DNA of 64,000 bases, from the NCBI RefSeq assembly GCF_009914755.1, contig NC_060930.1; one strand, written 5' to 3'. The notes under the pieces are model-generated. The model was not told the origin of the DNA. It ran no database searches and was given only the letters and a program-made list of their open reading frames with translations. The position numbers and the translations under genes were made by a program. Numbering within the stretch: position 1 is the first letter of the stretch; each line of letters begins with the position of its first letter. The DNA is from the human T2T-CHM13v2.0 reference genome, Homo sapiens. Positions 1 through 15,947 of this stretch are shown one piece after another.

Positions 1-3000
1 AGCTGGCAGTGAGGGAGGGCTTCTCTTTGGCCACGCTCAGTTTCACACGCTGTGGCCAGCACTTGTGTCTTCAGCTTCAGGAATAACAGAGCCTACCCCA
101 GAGCTCTCAGAGCCCACCCTGCCCATGTAAACAGCGAATGCATCTCTGATGTTATCACTGTCTTCCATATCAGAGTGTGTCGCACAGAAACATAGTCACT
201 AGAATAACTGTGGTGGTAACCATAATTTAATTTAGATGGTAAATTATCTCCCTAAAACCCAAGGTTAAGACTTTAGTTCCTCCAACCATAATTTCAACCC
301 AAGCGCCTGCCAGCAACCCTTTATACACACAGCCTGTCCCACTTCTCCATCTTCACAAAGATGTGGTACATTTCTAGGTTACGCCCGGGTTTTCTTTCTT
401 CCTCTTCCTTTATCCCTCTGAAGCCATCTTGGGCAAACCATTACTTCTGCCCCGGAGTTCATCTCCATTTCCTAGGCCTAGTCCTAATGCTGGCCTTGTC
501 CAGTTATCCTCAACATGAGTTGCAACTGGGAAAAAGGTATACAGAAGTAAATTTGCACGTACTGAAATTCTACTTGCTGTCAACTTAACTAAGAATCAAT
601 TACTGTTCACAGACAATTTACAGCAAAATAAGTGACTATAATTCAAACACACTTTCTGATCAATAGCATTTGGAGAAAACTGATACAGTTTTAGTGCTTT
701 TACTTTACTATTCTACTTTCTGCTAACATCCCATTAACGGAAATGGTTTTTAAACAATAGAATGTCTTTGTTGAACACTCTCTTACAAATTTTCGATAAT
801 GTGCCCAGCTTCTGGCTGCTTCTTCAGAGACTCCTCTCCTGACCCTCCTTCCCTCCTTTTTCCCAAAGCCTCAGCTTTCAAGTCCTAGAGATGAGTGAGC
901 CCTGGGAGTCACATTCAATAGAAAAGTATATACTTTTCAGAGCATATGCTTTTCTGGAGTTCGGAAGGGAAATTCATTTTTAAAATCCAATAGTTATTTT
1001 CTTTTTCTGTCTCTCATTTTGAAGTTTGATGCAATAATTAACTTCTGTCTTTGTTCTGAGGGAACTCAGATCCAGCTTCAGTTCCTTGTGAAAACACCGT
1101 TTAAAATTTGCAATTCCTCATGCTACCCAGTTTTGAATAGAAGAATATGGATATCCTAGTCGTCTTCCACAACACAGAAATCTCTTCATGTTTCTCCTCC
1201 TGAGGGATAGGATAGCTTTGAGATATGAATTAAGTTTCGAAAGAAAATAACTGAAGAAGTCGTTGAGTAAAGGAAGAAGAGCTATAAGGGTGAAGCTGAA
1301 GCCCAAGCTTCCAGACAAAGCATTAGTAGACAATTCACAGACCAAATATCAGATCTTTTAATAGAATGGGTTTTCAACCTGGGCAAATCTCAAGGAGAGT
1401 TTTCTGTTAGTGTCCATGGGGAAATAGTTCTTTGTAGATAAAGTGAAAACGTCATAGATTTGGAAGGAAGTTGGAATTAGAAAGAAGCAGCTCAGAAATG
1501 GAGATGCTCACTTTTCCTATACACATTCTTTGTTCCTATACAACCAAAGCTTTGTACTTCTGTTTATCCAATTGTCAAATGAAGATGGTGCCACATGTTC
1601 CAACTCTCAGTCTGGAAGGGGCTAAGTGAAAAACATGGATGCATTAGACATGGGAAGTTCTAAGAAAGTAGAAGAGCTGTATTAATGTCAGGCAGTTTGA
1701 TGTTGTTTAACTTTTTGTCAAGTAAGTCAACCTCTCTGGTCTTATTGACGTTTGTGGTCCTAGCCAATTTCCTCATGTCAGCTTCATGGTCATTTGCATG
1801 TGTATTTTTTGGTTTTACCTTCCTGTCCTTTGCCAGATTCTGGATGTCCCTTCTACTTTTTCCATGCATAATAAAACCAAACAAAACTGTATTTGGACCA
1901 ATATTTTATCCAGGATCCCCCACCCCAAGCAGTATTAGGGTAAAAATACATCAACATTTGGAATCTTAGATGTCAAGATTCTCACCAATTTAGGCCATTA
2001 TTTTTCAAAATGCAACAATGGTCATATTACTATGATGAGATTATAGATAGAGCTGCCATGTAAGATTGCACAGTTTGTGTACTGCACAAAGGTGCCCATC
2101 CAGGAAGTGAGGGCTAACAACTATCCAGACCCCACTCCACCTCTGCCTGAGGGAAAAGATGTTTTTCTGCACCTTATGATTGTGAAGCCATTTACTCAAG
2201 GTGCTGTGCCTGCCCAGAGAAAGCATCCTTTTCCAATTTGTACAATAGTTGCATACAGCCTAGAGATCTTGATTATTTAGATTTTGACAGAGGGGAAGAG
2301 GGGTGGGCATGAGTGGGTGGACATGAGTAGAGTAATGGTCTATTCTTTCTGCTTGACTCCAGCTCTGCCACCTCTGAGGCTACTGACTCTCCAGCAGCCT
2401 TTCCGGCTTCTCTCTCTTCCCATCACACATTTTTCCTCTCCACACTTTTTATGCAGCTTCATTCTTCTTTCTCCTCCCTTCCTAGTATCTTTCTTTCCCT
2501 CTCATCATTTCCTGCCCTTTCCTCTCACTCCCAGGAGATGGGCCGATGGCCAAGTGCCATCACTGTTATATTGACCTCCTTCTTGAGTCCTAGTCACCAA
2601 TAATATCACTATAATCACTTTGGAGTTTCTTCTCATCATCAAATCTTGACACAATTACAAAGTAGTAGAAGTCTTGCATCTTTGCTTTATCCTTTTCAAT
2701 ACTCTGCCAGACACCCCCCTTTCCCAGCCAACAAGGGTCCAGAACTCCCAGTGTGGACAGAACTGATAGTCTGTTAAACTTGTGTAATAGTTCATTAAAC
2801 TGTTTATGGCCAACCACATTGCATCTCCTGGGAGTGTTGTCATTTAAAAAGCAGGTGCTTGGGATACCATGTTTTAGCCATAAGGAAGGAATCTCACAGG
2901 GGAGAATTCAGAGCAGCTTTCTAGCTGAGGTGAATGATGGACAATTTTTTTGATAGAAGCACCCCCTCAAACCTGTGCTTACTCTGCCTTAGGATTTCTT

Positions 3001-3559
3001 TCAGGTATTTTCACAGATGATCTTGAGACAAAATTGCCAGCCTCCACACCTGCATCTCTTCCTCCTTGCTGCTTATATAGCTGAGCTTATAATCTCTTCT
3101 CTAGAGAGCTCATATCAGAGCTTTCAAATTGACTGTCCCGAAAGTCATGACAACTATTTTCTCAGCCAGACTCATCCAGAAGCTTGGAAGTCCAGCAACT
3201 ACCCTTCCTTTAATGTTAGCAGAACTCCTCAAACTCCTCTATTTAAGTACTCCTAATGCAAGAGTGAAACTGGAGGTTTGGGAGGGCTCAGAAGAGCAGG
3301 ATCCGAAAGGCCCCACCCTCAGCATGAAGTTTCTTTTTAAGTCACTGTTTTTCTTCCTATTTTTGTCAATTTTGCATTCTATTCTATAATACATCCATTT
3401 TTGTTTTGAAGTAAAAATTACATTTCCCCAAGTCTTCAAGCAAAATTGATCCTGCAGAAAGGTGCTTGTTTATTCTTGCAGCTTCTGGAACCCTCAGGCC
3501 CTCCAGCTTGAGAAACTAGAAGCCTAGTTAAAATCCATATTTCTTTGCATGTTATACAA

Positions 3560-3995
3560 GGACCTTCTTGACAGGTGCATATTTATCTCTACAGTTCCAG
3601 TCCTCCAACCAGCTTCCTGCAGTCCAAGCACACTGAACTCCTTGAAATTCTGTGACCATCTTAGTGTTTCTTATTTCAGAAAAATTGCTTATGCTGTTTC
3701 CTCAAACTAGAATGTACTGTCCCCCATCTCTCTGCCTATCTTCTAGACCCATCTGAAGGATCATATTGCCCTGTGAAGCTCTCTATGACAAGCCCCAACA
3801 GGCTGAATAAGCTATCCCTCCCTTTATGCCACCAAAGTTCGCTCTTCTCCCATAGTGTACATGTCTCTTGATTGTAATTTGTTGCTTACGCTGCCCTTCT
3901 GCACTAGACTGTAAATTGCTTCAGGGCAGGGTCTGTGTCTTATTCCTCTTGGCCGTCGCTGGACCAGCACCATGCCTGGCAAATGGTAAGACAGG
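3560..3995 (+). mobile_element. L2 3' fragment
   Basis: cactagactgtaaattgcttcagggcaggg...catgcctggca. Confidence 0.65.
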
Positions 3996-4471
3996 AGGTA
4001 AGTATGGCTATGACATTTCACCCTAGTGCTCACCAGGGTTGACCTGGTTGAGCTGAATGGACACGGGGATGTCCCTGTCCTCTCTCTTTACTCCTCGAGT
4101 GTCCCTTCCATTCTTTCTGTCAAATAGGATGGTCCCAGATGAACAAAGACATTCTAGCCAAGGAGTTTCAGAAACTTTCCATCACTGATGAGCCCTCCAA
4201 ACAAGCTCTCCAGACCCAACACTTAGTAGGTTCTCAGTCAATATCTGCTAAATATTTTAATGAACCAATGATCACCACAATTGTTTCTCTGATTAAGCAG
4301 TATTATATTTTCTTAGTCTTATCTTTCAGAGATTCCTGATGTCTAAATCCCAGCGATCTAACAAAATATCAACATTTACTATACATTCAATAAAAGTATA
4401 ATAAGTAAATAAAGAAATGCACTAATATCTTCATGTGTTCTTTCATGTTTCTTAAAATGTATATGCACAAA

Positions 4472-4927
<456 letters not shown>

Positions 4928-5145
4928 TTAACTTACTACCCTAACACCTGATATGTTTACCAGCCTGCTAAGGAACAAAGAACTGGGTTGCCACTCAGAA
5001 ATAAAATTTCGACAAATGGGTGATGATCAAAATTTCTTTCTGAAAACCTTACCGGTTACCAGTGTGATTATCTTTTTTAAATTACAGGCTCCATTAGGAG
5101 TAGAACTTTTTTGAGTAGCTATGATCTCCACCATGGCTAATATAA

Positions 5146-5553
<408 letters not shown>

Positions 5554-6272
5554 TAAACATTTTAAAAAACAAAGTGAATATGCCAGGCATCTGACCTAGA
5601 CCATAGTTCTGAGCCAGATCTGAATGTGAAGAACAAAATCTGATGCCTCTGGTATTTCAGAGTAATGCCCAGTTTCAATTGGTGCAATGATGCCCTTTCC
5701 TTGGCCTCTATTCAATTATAGCCTGGCTGCCAGGGACTAATAAGATGAGCGTTTTTCAGCCAGGCATAAAGCAAGTAAATAGAAACTTCAGTCTGGGAAT
5801 AATTTTGTCTTTCCCAAATCCTAGAGAAGTGTTCTCCCTTTTCTTTTTCTTTTGTTTGTTTGTTTTTTATTGTCCCCTTCTAACAGTAAAAAGTTTCTGA
5901 TCAAATGTTCCCAATATATGGATAATTATTGATTTATAAATTGTATACATGTATTACCATACTAATGTATCTGTGCTTTTATAAAATCCATCAAAATGGA
6001 AACTTAAAAAGTTATATAAAAATTAATATAAATAGAAGTTCTTATATTTTCTTCTCTTGCCCTAATAAATGTCTTATAAGTAGCCCACTGGCTGAAAGGA
6101 CTCACACGCTGCTAGGTGTGGTAACAGCAAGGCTCTCCAATGTCAGGTCACCAAACACATTTGGCCCCAACTCACCCAATGGCCCACTCTCTTCCATTAA
6201 TGCTGTCCAAAGCAACTGGCTTTACTTTGAAGAAAAATGATAATTCAGTGATTGAATGATGATTTAAAAGGC

Positions 6273-6278
6273 TTTATT
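6273..6278 (-). terminator. CGA: CGA polyadenylation signal AATAAA
   Basis: tttatt on + strand about 230 nt after the stop codon. Confidence 0.92.
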
Positions 6279-6509
6279 TGCAGTGGAACAAGCTAAATGC
6301 TGTATTCATTCCAAATGAAAAGAACTAGACTGCTGATTGTACTGTGGGATAAGGAGGAAGGCAGTAAAGCTGCAGTATATCCTTGAAGCGTGTCAAAGTG
6401 GTATGGTAAGGAAAAGGAGAGTTTTATCTCACAAAGCCATAAACACTAAACAACTTAATTTTCCATTCCAGAAAATCAGCAGTCATCAAGACAGCACTTG
6501 GTAAAACAT

Positions 6510-6587
6510 TTAAGATTTGTGATAATAACAAGTACTGCAGTGGCACGCCGTGTGGTTCTCCACTTTGAAACCCCCCATTACTGTGAC
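6510..6587 (-). CDS. CGA: CGA exon 4 coding part (VTVMGGFKVENHTACHCSTCYYHKS*)
   Basis: ccctttag|GTCACAGTAATG...TCTTAA; NHT sequon; 3' UTR follows. Confidence 0.99.
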   Translation of the reverse strand, partial: VTVMGGFKVENHTACHCSTCYYHKS

Positions 6588-7003
6588 CTAAAGGGGAAGG
6601 AAAAAAAAACATATTATAGATTAGATGATAGATAGATAGATAGAGACAAAATTGAAGAATATTACATAAAATTGTTTGCATTCTGCTGAAATAAGTAGAT
6701 GCATACTACATTTGCACAGTCTCCTTTTTAGGAAATATTTTTAGCACAAGTAAGCTGTACTTTCTCCCAACCTGCCCCTTGTCACCTCTACCCCTATTCT
6801 CCTCATTCTGAATAAATCCAGTCTATACCCACAAGACAATTGACTCTTTTAATTAATGGGTAGAAATGTATTCCCCACCTGTACAAATGCTCGACAGATG
6901 CTGGGTCATTAGACACCTTTGGCATTAAATTCCATGGGTGGGCTCTATGAACATTTCTCTGATTGGGCTGTTAGAAAGCTTCTGGGGATCTTGAGGTTCT
7001 TAC

Positions 7004-7188
7004 CCTGTTATATGATTTAGCTACACAGCAAGTGGACTCTGAGGTGACGTTCTTTTGGACCAACATCGTCTTCTTGGACCTTAGTGGAGTGGGATATGCT
7101 CTAGAGAAGCAGCAGCCCATGCACTGAAGTATTGGGGCACCCGGCTGGGAGAAGAATGGGTTTTCCTGTAGCGTGCATTCTGGGCAAT
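7004..7188 (-). CDS. CGA: CGA exon 3 (cystine-knot core)
   Basis: tttccctgatag|ATTGCCCAGAA...AACAGG|gtaaga; 185 nt; [13 protein letters not shown] motif and NVT sequon. Confidence 0.99.
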
Positions 7189-7236
7189 CTATCAGGGAAA
7201 AAAAAAAGGCAGAGTAAAATATCCAAAAAAGACTCA

Positions 7237-7866
<630 letters not shown>

Positions 7867-8867
7867 ACAAAGAAAAGAAACTGTGAATGCTTCCTTATTA
7901 TGGGATAGTGAATATTATTTTTCCATCAAAAATGAAAGGAAACTAAGTAAGTGCTTTTTGGTTATATGTTAATCTTCATCTATAATATCTATTTAATATT
8001 TATACTGATTAATGTTCATGGGAAATAAAACTTAAAAACAAACATTTTTTACAGATATGCATAGAAAATCTCAGTTGTAGTCTCTCTTCAAGCATGGATT
8101 CTCTATCCCAATGCTAACAGTATGCCTAGAGGAAACACAAAACTTGACAGATGAAAACATCATGTTCATCTGAAAAGAGAATTTTGCACAGAGGAAAAAT
8201 ATTTTTCCCTTTAGAATCTGCTATTGTTTTTCCCACAGTAACTCCAAATATTGACAGAGAGAAATATGTCAGAATTAAGAAAGCTTGGTGAGTGTAGAGA
8301 GCCTGATATTAGATCAGGCGCCTGCACTTGGGACCTGGATTAAAATATTACCACTTATATAGAGAAAAACCATAACCAATAGTAGCTCACAATTTCAAAG
8401 CAGAAGGAATTATACCAGCTACTATATGAGATTTTTCAGACAATACAGCAAAACAAATTTACTGTATAAAATGGTTTTGTTTTTCTCACTTGTTAACTGA
8501 TGTGAAAATTCATCTACAAAGGCAATGTTAAAATCTCAAATCTGCCGGGAGAAATGTAAAAAATAACTGAGCTAACTGAATAAGGAGCATTTTCTTCTTG
8601 TAAGACTCAAGAATAAAAAGGAATCTATTTCCGATGAAAATGTATAGGCTGCTGCATAAATGGTTGTGTAAGATATCATTTTCACTGCACATTTTCTGAA
8701 CCTAATTTAATTTTATGTTCACAATCTACAAGTGCCTAGATATGAATCCAGCAGCAAAGACTTATTACTTTTGAAAAGGTGGTAGAAATGTAATTAATGG
8801 AGTTATTGATGTACATCTAGAAATGTGTGTTGTCCTTATTACTTGAACCACAAATTTGGTCACGCAC

Positions 8868-8955
8868 CCTGCACATCAGGAGCGGAATGGAGAACATGCA
8901 GAAACACCGACAATGTGACCAGAAAGATAGCTGCATATTTTCTGTAGTAATCCAT
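8868..8955 (-). CDS. CGA: CGA exon 2 coding part (signal peptide + APDVQ); exon spans 8868-8962
   Basis: ctgcag|GAGCGCCATGGATTAC with strong Kozak; ends CAGG|gtgcgt; T-tract upstream of acceptor. Confidence 0.99.
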
Positions 8956-9399
8956 GGCGCTCCTGCAGACAGACATGGCAAAAAAAAAAAAAAAAACAGT
9001 TAATCTAAAATTGGCTTACCAGTCATAACAACAACCAGTAGTTTCAACATTACTATTAATAATAGTCATCAGTGTCTTGACCTCCCTGCTTTTAGCTCCC
9101 AACATATACTAAAACCATGTAATTTTTTTTAAAAAAAGTTCTCCTTAGGAAAGAGATAGATAACTGAATCTTCCCATTTCTCACATTAACTGTAGAAATT
9201 GGTTTAATAATAATTACAAAAAATTCTCTTTTTAAATTCTTTAAAATTTAAATTTTAAATTATCTGTCATCCTGTTAAGAAGCCTCAATGTCCTTATTTG
9301 TAAAACATGGAACTTAAACTAGATAATACCTAAGAAAATATATATAAACTTATATATGAGATATAAAATATACAATCATTTGATGGAGGATAAACACAA

Positions 9400-10320
9400 A
9401 GTATTCAACATTATCAGCCATTAAGGAAATGCAAATTAAAACTACAATGACATATTACATATCTATCAGAATGGCTAAAATAAAAAATAACACCAAATAC
9501 TGGCATGGATGCAGAGAATCCAGATAACTCAGGCATTGCTGGTCTGGTGGGAATACAAAATGGTACAGCCACTCTGGGAAATACTTTGGCAGTTTCTGAT
9601 AAAACTAAACATGTACTTACCATATGCCCCAACAGTTGCACTTTTGGGCATTTATCTCAGAGAAATGAAGACTATGTTCACACAAAACTTATATATAAAT
9701 ATTCATAGAAACTTTGTTTAGAGTAGCCAAAAATTGGAAACATTTCAAATGTCCATCAGAAGGTGAATGGTCATACAAATGATGGTATAGCCATACCATG
9801 GAATACTGTCCAGCAACAAAAAAATGAACACACTATTGATACACACAGCAGCTTGAATGGATCTCAAGAGAATTGTGCTGAATGCAGGCTGAATACTATA
9901 TGATTCCATTTATATAACACTGTGGAAATAACAAAATTATAGAGATAGAGAATAGATTAATGGTTTCAAAGAGTTAGCACTGGGAAAGAAGTGTATGAGG
10001 GTGAGTATGGCTCTAAAGGGATAGCACAAGGGAGCTGTGGTGATGGGACAGCCGCATGTTGATAGGGATGTTAGTCACACTAATCTACACATGGGATAAA
10101 ACTGCATAACAGAGCACTAGTATTATGTGTGTGTGTGTGTGTCTTAAATCTGAATAAGCTGTATAGGCGGCAGCAATGTCAGTTCTCTAGTATTCACCTT
10201 GTACTATAGTTATACAAGATAATTTTCAATGAGGGAACAAGCTGAAGGATATACAGGACTTCTCTGTACATTTTTTGCAACTTCCTCTAAATCTGCAATT
10301 ATTCAAAATAAAAGTTTTTT
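9400..10320 (+). mobile_element. Old L1M/L1ME 3' portion in CGA intron 1
   Basis: gaaatgcaaattaaaactacaatga, ccatggaatac, tatgattccattt hallmarks. Confidence 0.85.
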
Positions 10321-10484
10321 TAAAAAAATTCAGAATGAGGTTTAAAGGTACATATGAGTCAAAACTTATGGTTATTTTTCATGTAGACTGACATAATAGG
10401 GCTGAGTTTCTGCTAGATGTTTATATTAACCCATAATACTTCTTAGGAATAATTTATCAGACAGCAGAACTAAGTTTATAACAC

Positions 10485-10811
10485 ATGTTGAGTATATCTA
10501 TTCTGAACATCTGAAATCTGAAATGGCCCACAATCTGAAACATTTTGAGCACCAACATGATTACACAAGTGGAAATTTCCACATATAAGTACTTAACAGA
10601 AACTTTGTTTATGCACAAAATATTTAAAATAGTATATAAAATTACCTTCAGGCTATGTGTATATGAAACAAATGAATTTTATGTTTAGACATGGGTCTCA
10701 TCCCCAAGATATCTCACTATGTGTATGCAAATATTCCAATATCCAAAAAAAATTAAAATCTAAAACACCTTTCATCCTCAGCATTTCAGATAAAGGATAC
10801 TCAACCTGTAT
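10485..10811. mobile_element. Tigger4/MER46-type non-autonomous DNA transposon
   Basis: Terminal inverted repeats gttgagtat...atactcaacctgta. Confidence 0.75.
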
Positions 10812-10952
10812 AGAAATTCAGATTGTGTAAGTATGAAGGCTAAAACAAACCTATGTCATTATTTCTACCTAATATATATATTTATATGTAGGTAATTTTG
10901 AGTTCTATTTATCTTCACACATAATTAACACTGAATAAATATTGTTCTAAGT

Positions 10953-11762
<810 letters not shown>

Positions 11763-12692
11763 ACACAAAGCCATAAGGAAATGTTCAGAATTAAAACTAG
11801 TTTCCTTTTTAAACTAGTATCATGTTTGTGCCTTAATATTGCAGCTCATATATTATGAAAATTCAGCCATTATGCAGTGAACAACTATATCAGAATTAAT
11901 TCAGAGAGAAACATTTATAATAAGATTTGAGAATGTGAAAGCATGAAGTCAATGCGCATTTTAGAATTGCCTTTATAATAAAGTGAAAAGAAGATTGAAA
12001 AAGTGAAACAAAAATCACTATTGCTGTAGCAGAACTATTACCTTTCTTTGCCTGTATTTTGAAAAGAGATGACATTAACCAAGTAAAAACAGAATAGCCT
12101 TCAAATTCTAGGTGATTTTGAAAGCATTTTAATAAATATTTTTATCATCCTAATCACCCTCAGGTTTTTCTGTTTTAAAATTCAAAAGAAAATATTAAGA
12201 ATCAGGGGGAGAAATTAAATTCTGCTAGGATTTATGCTATTTTGCAAAAATATGCTCAATCTAAAGTCAGATTTACTAATCTCAGCTTCTTTTGGTATTT
12301 CACATGAGTATTTTCCGAACTTCAAAGGCCCTGTACACACAACCTCAGACTAACCTGCAATACACACCAACATACCCTTATATCCCATCACCCACCACAT
12401 CAAGATAATATGTGTCCAAGAAAACATGAGTTTTCTCAACTTGGCCTTCTTTCTCTCCCTTTTCAGTTCATCTACTTCAGAGTCTTTTAAGGAGCTGTTC
12501 AACAGCCAGATTCACTGTGAAGTTTTCACCCAACCCCAAAGACAAAATAAATATCTTTCTCCACTGCACTCACCTATCACTTGGCTTATAATTCTTAGAT
12601 GATGCCCCACAGTCTAACCAGTTATGTACACGTCTATCTCTTCATCCACAAAGAAACTTTCTTTCTTTTTATTTAAATTAGAAATGGGATCT

Positions 12693-12795
12693 CGAGAGGT
12701 GGAAGCGGCAGTGAGCCGAGATTGCGCCACTGCACTCTACCCTGGGCAACAGAGAGACTCCGTCTCAAAAAGAAAGAAAGAAAGAAAAGAAAAGA
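12693..12795 (+). mobile_element. 5'-truncated Alu right-arm fragment
   Basis: gcagtgagccgagattgcgccactgcac; TSD agaaatgggatctc/agaagtgggcatctc. Confidence 0.85.
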
Positions 12796-12920
12796 AGTGG
12801 GCATCTCACTATGTTGTCTAGGCATCTTACTTTAAAAGGATTTTTTTTTTTTTTGGTAATAAAAACAGAGCAGAGGAGCTGCAAAGTGAAGCCCCTTGTT
12901 CATTGCCCCTGTGTTTACTG

Positions 12921-13165
12921 CTATGGCAGATTGTACTTTCCAAAAATGGCCACAAAAATACCCCTCAGCCTACATTTATTTGCAGTGTGACCTTGTCACT
13001 CCCACGTCAAACAGTGGTATGTCTGTCTTTGTATTTTTATCTTTGTACCCCATTTCATCTACATAGGCCCTTGACTGCTTAGATCAGGAATATAGCAGTA
13101 GTGACACTGGGCAAGTAGTAGGTATATCCCTTAACTGACCTGGCAGTTCCTGCTTCCCATCTCTT
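12921..13165 (+). mobile_element. MLT1 LTR fragment in intron 1
   Basis: tatggcagattgtactttccaaaaatggccacaa; cctggcagttcctgcttcc. Confidence 0.6.
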
Positions 13166-13167
13166 AG

Positions 13168-13402
13168 AAGCCGAGGTGGGAGGATCACTGGAGCCTGAGT
13201 GAATGAGGCTGCAGTGAACTGGGATCGAGCCACTGTACTCCAGCCTGGGAGACAGTGAGAAACCCTGTCTTGAAAACAAAAAAGAGAGAGAGAGAGAAAG
13301 AAAGAAAAAGAAAAGAAGAGGAGAGGAGAGGAGAGGGGAAGAGGGGAGAGGAGAGGAAAAGAAAGAAAGAGAGAGAGAAAAGAAAAAAGAAAAGAAAAGA
13401 GA
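13168..13402 (+). mobile_element. Alu right arm with expanded polypurine (GA/GAAA/GGAGA) tail
   Basis: Alu consensus then an almost pure purine tract about 13272-13402. Confidence 0.9.
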
Positions 13403-13492
13403 GCAAGTTCAGGTATTTTAAACTGATCAAGCTATAAGGACTGTCTGCAGTGGGGAACAGCAGGGGAACAGGGAAAGGGGAAAAAGCATTAG

Positions 13493-13830
13493 CTTTCTTT
13501 TTTTTTTTTTTTTTTTTTTGAGACATGGTCTCACTCTGTGGATCAGGCTGGAGTGTAGTGCCACTATCACGGCTCATTACAGTCTCAACTTCCCAAGCTC
13601 AGGTGATCCTCCCATCTTAGCCTCCCGGGTAACTGGGACAACAGGAGTGTGCCAGCAAGCCCGGCTAATTTGGGAGTGGTTTTTTGTGTTTGTTTTTTTG
13701 TTTTGTTTTGTTTGTAGAGACAGGGTTTCTCTATGTTGCCCAGGCTGATCTTCAACTCCTGGGCTCAAGTGATATCCCCGGCTCTGCCTCCCAAAGTGCT
13801 AGAATTTCAGGCGTGAGCCCCCGTGCCCAG
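13493..13830 (-). mobile_element. AluJ in intron 1
   Basis: Alu consensus. Confidence 0.93.
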
Positions 13831-15743
13831 TCAGCATTGGCTTTCACATACATTCACTTGCTTTATTTTCTTTACACCTGTGTCATATATTAAAAAACTA
13901 CACATTAGAGAATTTAAAAGATTTGCCAAAGTTGCTCAGAAAGTGATCTGATGCTAAGATGGTGTCCTTCCACTTGTACTACCCCTATAGCCTAGAAGTA
14001 TACCATTAATCCATGTCCTCCTTTATAACTTGGAGTCACACATGGATCATGCTGTTTCAGTTATCTTGTCTAATTTGATTTCTAACATTGTTATTGATTC
14101 TACCCCTAAGTGCCCCACCTTAAACCACAGAGTGTTAAAGATGCTGGATCATTTCTACAATGTTATCTCTAAGCCTGGTGAACCAAGAAATTGCTAGACT
14201 ACTTTGTGCAACATTACAATGGCACTGCTGTAACATTATATGCCAAATCCAGAATGTGCAAAGATCAGAAGTTGATAGCAAACTACTCTAGGATTCACAA
14301 CCTGTAAAAATGAAGTTTGGTGCTATGAACCATGCTGTTCTCAAAAGAAATGTAAGTTCACTCCTGTAAATTTTCTCTTTGAGAAAGTAGATTACTTTGA
14401 TGTGCTTTTAAGCAAGACGTACATTACCTTCTAAGTTAGCCATTTCTGTTACCCAGCTCTTACTTTGAGTTTTCATGTAAATTTGGGTCTCACATTAAAA
14501 AGAAATGTACACTGCAACTGAAAATCTGCTCTGGAACATAATTAATTGCTTTTCTAACATTTTTCTCACACACTACCCTTTTCAGCAGGAAATGGTAAGG
14601 AATATGACTCACTTAAAATTTCAATGACTCTTACTGCAAAAAAAATAATAAACTTAAGAAAACCAAAGTTGAAATTAACATGAAAAACCACGAACCTTTT
14701 ATAAATCATGACCACTCTTGTCTTTTTTAAATAATTCAAGAATATAGCAATGTATTACATGCAATTTGGTTGACCAATATTATGAATAATTGAATTGGTA
14801 TTAAGTCAAGTAATTATTTAAAAGATATTTTCCTAAAGCAAAATATCTGACTTTTGACTGGGAAAAAGATTGAAGAGCTTAAGAAACAAAATATCTACAG
14901 AGATGAAAGGGAGCTTCTGCATTCCTAAGGGACCCATATAGTGTCAGCCCATAGTTCTTCACACGTACCCATAGCCTATTCTTCAACGCTAATAAGGAGG
15001 GACAAAAAAGGTCTTTTATTTTCTAGTGTCTATTTCCCAATCAGCCACCAATTAATGCTAATGCTAAGATAACCAAGGTTAGCTGCAAAAAAGTTTCCAG
15101 AAACTCATTGGAACTAATCAATTAGACTTGGGCAAGTGACTTATCATTGCAAATTCATGAATAATAGCTAGAGAAATACTACCAACTTTGATTTTTGTAG
15201 CATTTTATTAAAGAAGAAAAATGAAAACAACGACGTTCAAGAAATTCCATGCTACTATTCAAGTCTGCATGAGAACATCTATTCAAAAGATAATCAGAAG
15301 CTATAGTCATTCAGCTGAACAAGTGAACCACTTTATCATGGGCCAGCTTGAAGATATAGCTATACATCACTTAAAAATGGATAATAAAACAATATCATAA
15401 TGTCTACTTGCCCTCTGTCTGGCTCCTGGAAGCCACTCAAAAGAACGTCTTTCCAATGACATACAGTAATTCTTGAGGAAAATTTTTAGATCCTGACAGG
15501 CACTCAAGCATCTCAGCAGGAGACATTGGGTTTCTGGCTTCTGTTAGATAACATCTTACCCTATGATCACAGCCAAATTTTACAGACTTCCTTCTAATTC
15601 AATCATAAGTGCTGAAAAGAGAATGAGTAAAAGCCTGTCTCAGTTCTTATTAAGGTATATGCAGAGACTTTGGAATCTTCCTCATATTCTCAAATATTTT
15701 ACTCCTCAATTAAAGTCCCCCAAAATTATTTCATTCATATTAC

Positions 15744-15837
15744 CTTTCTCTGGGCTTTTTGCAGGATGTGTTCAGGGCGGTTGACTGTGGATCCGAAGAG
15801 GGATTTTAGCTTCGTCTTATGAGTTCTCAGTAACTGC
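15744..15837 (-). other. CGA: CGA non-coding exon 1 (5' UTR); TSS approximate
   Basis: Donor GAGAAAG|gtaata at 15744/15743; begins just downstream of the TATA box. Confidence 0.93.
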
Positions 15838-15859
15838 AGTTAATGAAGTCCTCACCTGC

Positions 15860-15866
15860 TTTTATA
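15860..15866 (-). promoter_or_regulatory. TATA box (TATAAAA) flanked by two CAGGTG E-boxes (15853-15858, 15882-15887)
   Basis: Motifs read directly; spacing fits the alpha-subunit promoter. Confidence 0.95.
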
Positions 15867-15920
15867 CCAGCAGAGTGTTTCCACCTGCATCTAAGCCCTG
15901 GGATCAACAGGAAATTCCAT

Positions 15921-15925
15921 CCAAT
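15921..15925 (+). promoter_or_regulatory. Inverted CCAAT box of the CGA promoter (about -85)
   Basis: ccaat on + strand at the expected distance. Confidence 0.8.
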
Positions 15926-15947
15926 GATTGAAGGGTACTTGGTGTAA

